Sequence record: OM339718.1
Reading direction: 5' to 3' (one strand)
DNA length: 64,000 nucleotides
Made by a program: the position numbers and the translations under genes. Shown piece after piece: positions 59,108-64,000 of this stretch. Under the pieces are notes generated by a model. It ran no database searches and was not told where the DNA came from. It was given only the letters and a program-made list of their open reading frames with translations. Position 1 is the first letter of the stretch; every line of letters starts with the position of its first letter.

Positions 59108-59440
59108 ATGTTAATTGTAACAGAAAAAACTACCGCCGACGAAGTTAGAAAAGAAATAAAATATACAAACCACGATTTCGACGTTGAGTCTAGTCATGTT
59201 TTGCGGTCTATAATCAATGAGCTTGTTGTTTGTGGTGGTGGAATAACACTAAACATGGATGATTACGTAAATATCATCCACAACCACGAAGTGAATTTTA
59301 ATCCTTACCTATGTAACCACACTGTATCATATGTATATTCAAAAATAGTCGAGATATCTAATAATCGATTGCGGTCTTTAGGATATACTGTTATTGAAAA
59401 TTTCGAGGGAAATTATACAATTAGTTCATATGAGAATTAA
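59108..59440 (+). CDS. Hypothetical protein (110 aa)
   Basis: ORF with AAGGA RBS after the GGGGC-GAAA-GCCCC hairpin. Confidence 0.7.
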   Translation: MLIVTEKTTADEVRKEIKYTNHDFDVESSHVLRSIINELVVCGGGITLNMDDYVNIIHNHEVNFNPYLCNHTVSYVYSKIVEISNNRLRSLGYTVIENFEGNYTISSYEN

Positions 59441-59443
59441 TGA

Positions 59444-59875
59444 ATGAATTTAACAAAAGAAATAGTAGAATTGTTTGTTAATCTTCGTAACGACTATGGT
59501 TTTTATTTGACTCATATCGGAGTTCAGGATACCCCAGTTTCGGTTGCTGTTCATGATTGTTATTTTAATTCCAGTGGAGGAAAAACCATTGTTATGGAAT
59601 CAATGAACGGACCTATATTTGATGAGATAAAATATCAATTAAAAGAATTGGGTAATATTTTTGGTGATGAATTCGTTATAGCATGGAATTCAAAATATAT
59701 TAGACTTGAGAATGAATCATATTTCATCTCACTTAGAGAACCGTTGGACTTGAAAGGTTGGAGCTATAAACACCTTTTGGTATTAGATGGTTTCCAAAAC
59801 AAAAAGTATTTTGATGAAATAGTTTGCCCTGTTGCAGCCGCATGTAATGCCAAGGTTAGTATCATCCCTAAATAA
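59444..59875 (+). CDS. Hypothetical protein (143 aa)
   Basis: ORF coupled to the upstream gene. Confidence 0.7.
   Translation: MNLTKEIVELFVNLRNDYGFYLTHIGVQDTPVSVAVHDCYFNSSGGKTIVMESMNGPIFDEIKYQLKELGNIFGDEFVIAWNSKYIRLENESYFISLREPLDLKGWSYKHLLVLDGFQNKKYFDEIVCPVAAACNAKVSIIPK
59868..59874 (+). promoter_or_regulatory. Late promoter CTAAATA (gene 40 and downstream ORF)
   Basis: Motif followed by the GACCTAG-GAAA-CTAGGTC hairpin at 59880-59897. Confidence 0.65.
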
Positions 59876-59916
59876 CAATGACCTAGGAAACTAGGTCTAT
59901 TTCTTACAGGTAATAT

Positions 59917-60207
59917 ATGGAAGAAATAAACGAAGATACCTATAAAGATGTAATCAATGACGCATTAAAGAATGTACAAACCGAATTGGTTATCCGGATT
60001 GATAGTGAGAATTTTCTTGTGTTTATCAACGATATACAGTATCATGATGGGAAGGTTGTATTAGATTGGAGTACTCCACACGAAGACATGAAGGAAGAAC
60101 TATATCCACATGTTAAAAATGCAGTACAAGCTATGTATAACCAAACCAATGTTGAGATTGAAAAATCTTTCTTTGGGCGTTTTCTTGATCTTTTCAAAAG
60201 GAAATAA
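59917..60207 (+). CDS. 40: Head assembly initiator gp40
   Basis: GKVVLDWSTPHEDMKEELYPHVKNAVQAM resembles T4 gp40; position between uvsX and 41. Confidence 0.85.
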   Translation: MEEINEDTYKDVINDALKNVQTELVIRIDSENFLVFINDIQYHDGKVVLDWSTPHEDMKEELYPHVKNAVQAMYNQTNVEIEKSFFGRFLDLFKRK

Positions 60208-60208
60208 A

Positions 60209-60724
60209 ATGACAGAACAAACCTGCGACCGTAATGATTGTTATGATGTAACTGGATTTCCAGAGGATACCCTTGTTACCTTTTGTGCCCCCGACATTTA
60301 TGGGGACATGAGGGAACAAACATGGACTCTATATCAACTTCTAGAGATTCAACAGGGCAACCGGATCCTTCTAAAGGGACCGGAAACCGGTAAATACGCA
60401 ACGATCTTACGTATGGTCGATACGGAGTTCACAGAACCGGTCAACCCTAACGTATGGGAAATCCATATGTCTAACGGAAAATCTTGGTTGTGTGCAGAGA
60501 ACCATCAAGTTCTGAGTCTATATGATCGCAAGAGTCCCTATCAGGCTCTATATGCAGCTCAATATTGTACTCCTGATGGTGGTGTTGTGAACCGGGTAAA
60601 ACGGGTTCGTCAATACAAATATAAGGCTAGGTTCTGGATGCATATCATCACTGAGGACGATGTGCCGTTCGTGCTGAATGATACCGGTATTCTTCATTTT
60701 TCCTCACAGAAAAAGGTTGTATAA
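60209..60724 (+). CDS. Free-standing Hint-domain (intein-fold) protein, probably non-splicing
   Basis: Block A-like GFPEDTLV, N2-like EIQQGNRILL, block B-like VWEIHMSNGKSWLCAENHQVL, F/G-like HIITEDDVPFVLNDTGILH. No C1 and no terminal Asn. Confidence 0.7.
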   Translation: MTEQTCDRNDCYDVTGFPEDTLVTFCAPDIYGDMREQTWTLYQLLEIQQGNRILLKGPETGKYATILRMVDTEFTEPVNPNVWEIHMSNGKSWLCAENHQVLSLYDRKSPYQALYAAQYCTPDGGVVNRVKRVRQYKYKARFWMHIITEDDVPFVLNDTGILHFSSQKKVV

Positions 60725-60796
60725 ATAATTAAAAAGTCGCTTACGTTATGGGATAATCTTTAACGTAAGCGACTTTTCTTTTTACAGGTGTTTTTA

Positions 60797-62359
60797 ATGA
60801 GTATTTCACAAATTATTATCAATAACCTCGTTTTCAACGGCGAGTATTTTGGTAAGGTGTACCCTTTTCTTAAATCCGAATATTTCTCTAAGGGGCCTTA
60901 TCGTATTGCATTTGACTTGATTGATACCTATGCAAAAAAGCATAACAAAGCTCCATCAGTTGCGGCTCTGGATGTTATGCTGGAACGCAAACAGAATATG
61001 AGTCAAGTAGAGTATGACCAGACTAAAGTTTTGGTATCTCGAATTGAACAAATCCCAGAAGATAAAAATTGGTTGATTGAAGAGACAGAATCTTTCTGTA
61101 AAGAACGTGCTATCGATATTGCATTATCTGAGTGTATCCAGATCCGTGAAAACTTCGCCAAACCACTGGATGAGCAAGACCCGAAAATAAAAGATATCGG
61201 GGCAATGCAAGAGATCATGAAAAAGGCTATGTCTGTTGGCTTTACTTTTGACGTTGGTCATGATTATATGAACAGCGCAGAAGAACGTTGGGAAGCATAC
61301 AACCAAAAGACAAATAAGATCCCGTTCCTGAATCATATGCTGAACCGGATCACCAAGGGTGGGGTTGAACGTGGTACGCTGAACGTTATTCTAGCCGGTA
61401 CTGGTGTTGGTAAGTCTATCGGTCTGTGTCACCTTGCAACCGAGTATATGCAACTCGGGTTGAACGTGTTGTACGTCTCGTTTGAGATGTCGGAAGAAAC
61501 TGTAGGTAAGCGTATTGACGCAAACCTAATGGACCTGACTCTGGACGAGCTAGATAGTGGACTTATCCAAAAATCTGAGTTCATGAACCGGTTCAACAAA
61601 AAGGTTGCAGGTAAAAAGCTTGGTAAGCTTTATGTTAAGCAGTTCCCAACATCAGGGGCAAACGTAAACCACATCAGAAACCTGATGGATGAGCTTGAAA
61701 TGAAAAAGGGTTTCAAGCCAGATGTTATCATGGTAGACTACCTAGGTATCATGGCTTCGTCCCGTATGAAGTTCTCTGATAACTCTTACTCTTTCATCAA
61801 GGCAATTTCAGAAGAAGTTCGTGGACTTGCTATCGAGAAGAAAATTGTTGCTTGGTCTGGTGCACAAACCAACCGTGGGTCTTCTGGTTCCCTTGAGATT
61901 GACAAAGCTGATATTGCGGATTCTTATGCACTTCTTCATGGTTGCGACTTCGTATTGGCAATTTCAGAAGATGAGGATCTGGTGCAGATGGGACAACAGT
62001 TGTTCAAGCAACTTAAATCTCGTTATGGTGATATCAACACCCATAATAAATTCTGTATGGTTGTAGAAAAAGCTAAAATGCGTTGGTCTGACCTCGACGA
62101 AACTACTCCATATACTGTTGTATTCGAAAGAAAGGATCTGGAAGAACGTTCTGATATTCAAGACGATGCAGTTATTGTTCGTCGTGGTGATGGAATTACT
62201 TCTGTTCCGGTTGAAGTTACTCCGGAAGTTGTTGATGAAATTGATACTACTCCGATGGGTAGTTCTATGTTCAAACGCCGTATGAGCAAAACCGAAGTTG
62301 ATTTTAATGACCTTCTGGCAGAACAAACACAAGAAGACGATGCACCTTGGGATAACTAA
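60797..62359 (+). CDS. 41: Replicative helicase gp41
   Basis: LAGTGVGKS, YVSFEMSE, MVDYLG, GAQTNR, QLKSRYGD; uninterrupted, with a long acidic C-tail. Confidence 0.97.
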   Translation: MSISQIIINNLVFNGEYFGKVYPFLKSEYFSKGPYRIAFDLIDTYAKKHNKAPSVAALDVMLERKQNMSQVEYDQTKVLVSRIEQIPEDKNWLIEETESFCKERAIDIALSECIQIRENFAKPLDEQDPKIKDIGAMQEIMKKAMSVGFTFDVGHDYMNSAEERWEAYNQKTNKIPFLNHMLNRITKGGVERGTLNVILAGTGVGKSIGLCHLATEYMQLGLNVLYVSFEMSEETVGKRIDANLMDLTLDELDSGLIQKSEFMNRFNKKVAGKKLGKLYVKQFPTSGANVNHIRNLMDELEMKKGFKPDVIMVDYLGIMASSRMKFSDNSYSFIKAISEEVRGLAIEKKIVAWSGAQTNRGSSGSLEIDKADIADSYALLHGCDFVLAISEDEDLVQMGQQLFKQLKSRYGDINTHNKFCMVVEKAKMRWSDLDETTPYTVVFERKDLEERSDIQDDAVIVRRGDGITSVPVEVTPEVVDEIDTTPMGSSMFKRRMSKTEVDFNDLLAEQTQEDDAPWDN

Positions 62360-62386
62360 ATAAAAGGATACCAAGGAGGATTTAAC

Positions 62387-62836
62387 GTGAGTATTAAAAC
62401 TATTATGGACGGGATTTATTCCGTCCGTATGCTAGACCTATTAAGAAAACCATTTCGTAATTGGGAAGCATACAAGCGCGGTATTATCGACGAAGCCGGT
62501 GAGTTTATTAAGAAGCCGGAAACCGTGAGAGAAAAAGCGGCATATACATCATTTCACGCAGCAATTAGATCACTGAAAATAAACCTTCAAAAGTATGGGG
62601 GTGAGTCGGTATCTAAATCGTTGGCGGTGAAGGCTGGATATGACACTTTAACAGAATCATATGGTCAATCAGAATACACGATTGAAATGTTATATGAAGA
62701 GATGATCGCTGGTGATTCCGGGGGTAATGTGACAAACATCGCAACCGGGGTAAAATCTGGTTCTGTTACAGATAAAGGTCCGTCTGTCATGGGGAAGAAA
62801 AAAGAGCGTCGTAAAATTGAAGTAAAAGCCCCGTAA
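62387..62836 (+). CDS. 61.1: gp61.1-like protein with N-terminal extension
   Basis: C-term EEMIAGDSGGNVTNIATGVKSGSVTDKGP matches T4 61.1; late motif at 62356-62362. Confidence 0.8.
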   Translation: MSIKTIMDGIYSVRMLDLLRKPFRNWEAYKRGIIDEAGEFIKKPETVREKAAYTSFHAAIRSLKINLQKYGGESVSKSLAVKAGYDTLTESYGQSEYTIEMLYEEMIAGDSGGNVTNIATGVKSGSVTDKGPSVMGKKKERRKIEVKAP

Positions 62837-62893
62837 TTGGGGCTTTATTGTTTCTGGTGAGTGTGATATCATAGGTTGAAAGAGGATTTTTAT

Positions 62894-63949
62894 ATGAACA
62901 TAATTTATATCGAACGACAGTTTGCAACTAGACTTAGTTACCGGATGGAATTGTGCACAGATCACTCCCGTGGTGTTGAGGTAAAGTATAATTTCCGTTG
63001 TCCTGTATGTGGTGATAGTAAAACTGACTACAGTAAAACCCGTGGGTGGTTATACGAATCAGAGGGTCATGTTCGGTTTGGTTGCTTTAACTGCAACGTT
63101 AATATGAAGCTAACCAACTACCTTTATGATAATGAACCTGAAATGTATAGAGAATTTGCAAAGGAAAAATTTGCAAACAAAGACGATAGTGAATGGTTCG
63201 AAACTAAAAAAACTGTAGAAAAACCAGTTGAACTAATCACAAAGAGTGTGATACCATATTCAACTTGTATAGCGGATCTCCCAGAGAATCATCCAGCCGT
63301 GAAATGGGTTGCTGCTCGTAAAATCCCAAAACATCAATATAAACTGTTCTTCTTTACTGCGGATTGGAAGAAGGTTGCTAATAGTGTTAAGCCAGAAACC
63401 TATCTGTATGACGATAAGAAAGAATATCGATTGGTTATCCCGATCTATAACAAAGATGGAACATATTCATCTTTGCAGGGTCGAGCATTAGATCCAAACG
63501 TTGATAAGAGTAGACGATATTTGACTATCAAGGCTGATGACAAAGCGTCTAAAGTATATGGTATGGAACGTGTGGATCCATCAAAGACAGTTTGGATGTT
63601 GGAAGGACCAATAGACAGCGTGTTTATCCCTAATGCATGTGCTATCGTCGGTGGTGTTATGGCTCTTGAAGATGCACCATTCCCTGATAAACGGGTATGG
63701 GTACTTGATAAAGAGGGTAGATCCTTCGACACACTAAAACGGATCGAAAATCTAATCAAAGCAGGTGAAAAGGTTGTTATCTGGGATGAATGTCCGTGGT
63801 CTTCCAAGGATATCAACGATTTCATAAAAAATGATGGCGCTACCATAGAAGAAGTAGTACAATACCTGAAAGACCACACTTATAGTGGTTTGAGAGCTGA
63901 ACTTGCACTTAGCAAGTGGCGTAAATTTGGACATAAGAGGATTTCGTGA
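62894..63949 (+). CDS. 61: DNA primase gp61
   Basis: Zn ribbon FRCPVCGDS...CFNC, LQGRAL, TOPRIM LEGPIDSVFI, KDIND. Confidence 0.97.
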   Translation: MNIIYIERQFATRLSYRMELCTDHSRGVEVKYNFRCPVCGDSKTDYSKTRGWLYESEGHVRFGCFNCNVNMKLTNYLYDNEPEMYREFAKEKFANKDDSEWFETKKTVEKPVELITKSVIPYSTCIADLPENHPAVKWVAARKIPKHQYKLFFFTADWKKVANSVKPETYLYDDKKEYRLVIPIYNKDGTYSSLQGRALDPNVDKSRRYLTIKADDKASKVYGMERVDPSKTVWMLEGPIDSVFIPNACAIVGGVMALEDAPFPDKRVWVLDKEGRSFDTLKRIENLIKAGEKVVIWDECPWSSKDINDFIKNDGATIEEVVQYLKDHTYSGLRAELALSKWRKFGHKRIS

Positions 63950-64000
63950 TGTATACTGAAAATGAACAAGATTATAAAATGACCGTTTCTGAGGTTCTTT

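Noticed and set aside
60797-62359. Possible intein or split site in gene 41
   Set aside because: Reading frame is continuous through GAQTNRGSSGSLEID, the region where gp41 inteins insert; no insertion is present.
63949-64000. ORF start after the primase (MYTENEQDYKMTVSEVL...)
   Set aside because: Truncated by the window end; too short to assign.

Overview
This window is a 64-kb piece of a T4-like myovirus genome (Straboviridae type). The split gene 43, enlarged gp35/gp46 and TAAATA late promoters suggest an Aeromonas-type T4-like phage, but that host and taxon assignment is inference. Layout: (i) 1-11.6 kb, + strand: head and tail genes 17-18-19-20-67-68-21-22-23-24. (ii) 11.7-29.7 kb, mostly - strand: accessory and early genes (RyR-domain, SLOG/DprA-like, inh, LprI-like, rnlB, HAD phosphatase, uvsW, uvsY, dda, ligase, PTH2-like, 30.2, 32, 59, 33, dsbA, rnh). 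(iii) 29.7-37.2 kb, + strand: gp34 and a ~1,260-aa gp35-derived protein, with no genes 36-38 following. (iv) 37.6-38.5 kb: a free-standing GIY-YIG endonuclease. (v) 38.5-64 kb, + strand: nrdA-B-D-G-C-H, 55, 47, 46, 45, 44, 62, regA, split 43A/43B, uvsX, 40, 41, 61; this block is inverted relative to the late genes compared with T4. The most unusual observations are a near-identical ~117-bp structured non-coding element in inverted orientation at 12.7 kb and 37.3 kb, a free-standing and apparently non-splicing Hint (intein-fold) ORF between genes 40 and 41, and a non-T4 SF2-helicase-like ORF next to gene 55. I saw no CRISPR array, tRNA, rRNA or intron. All family assignments are by motif recognition only; no searches were run.
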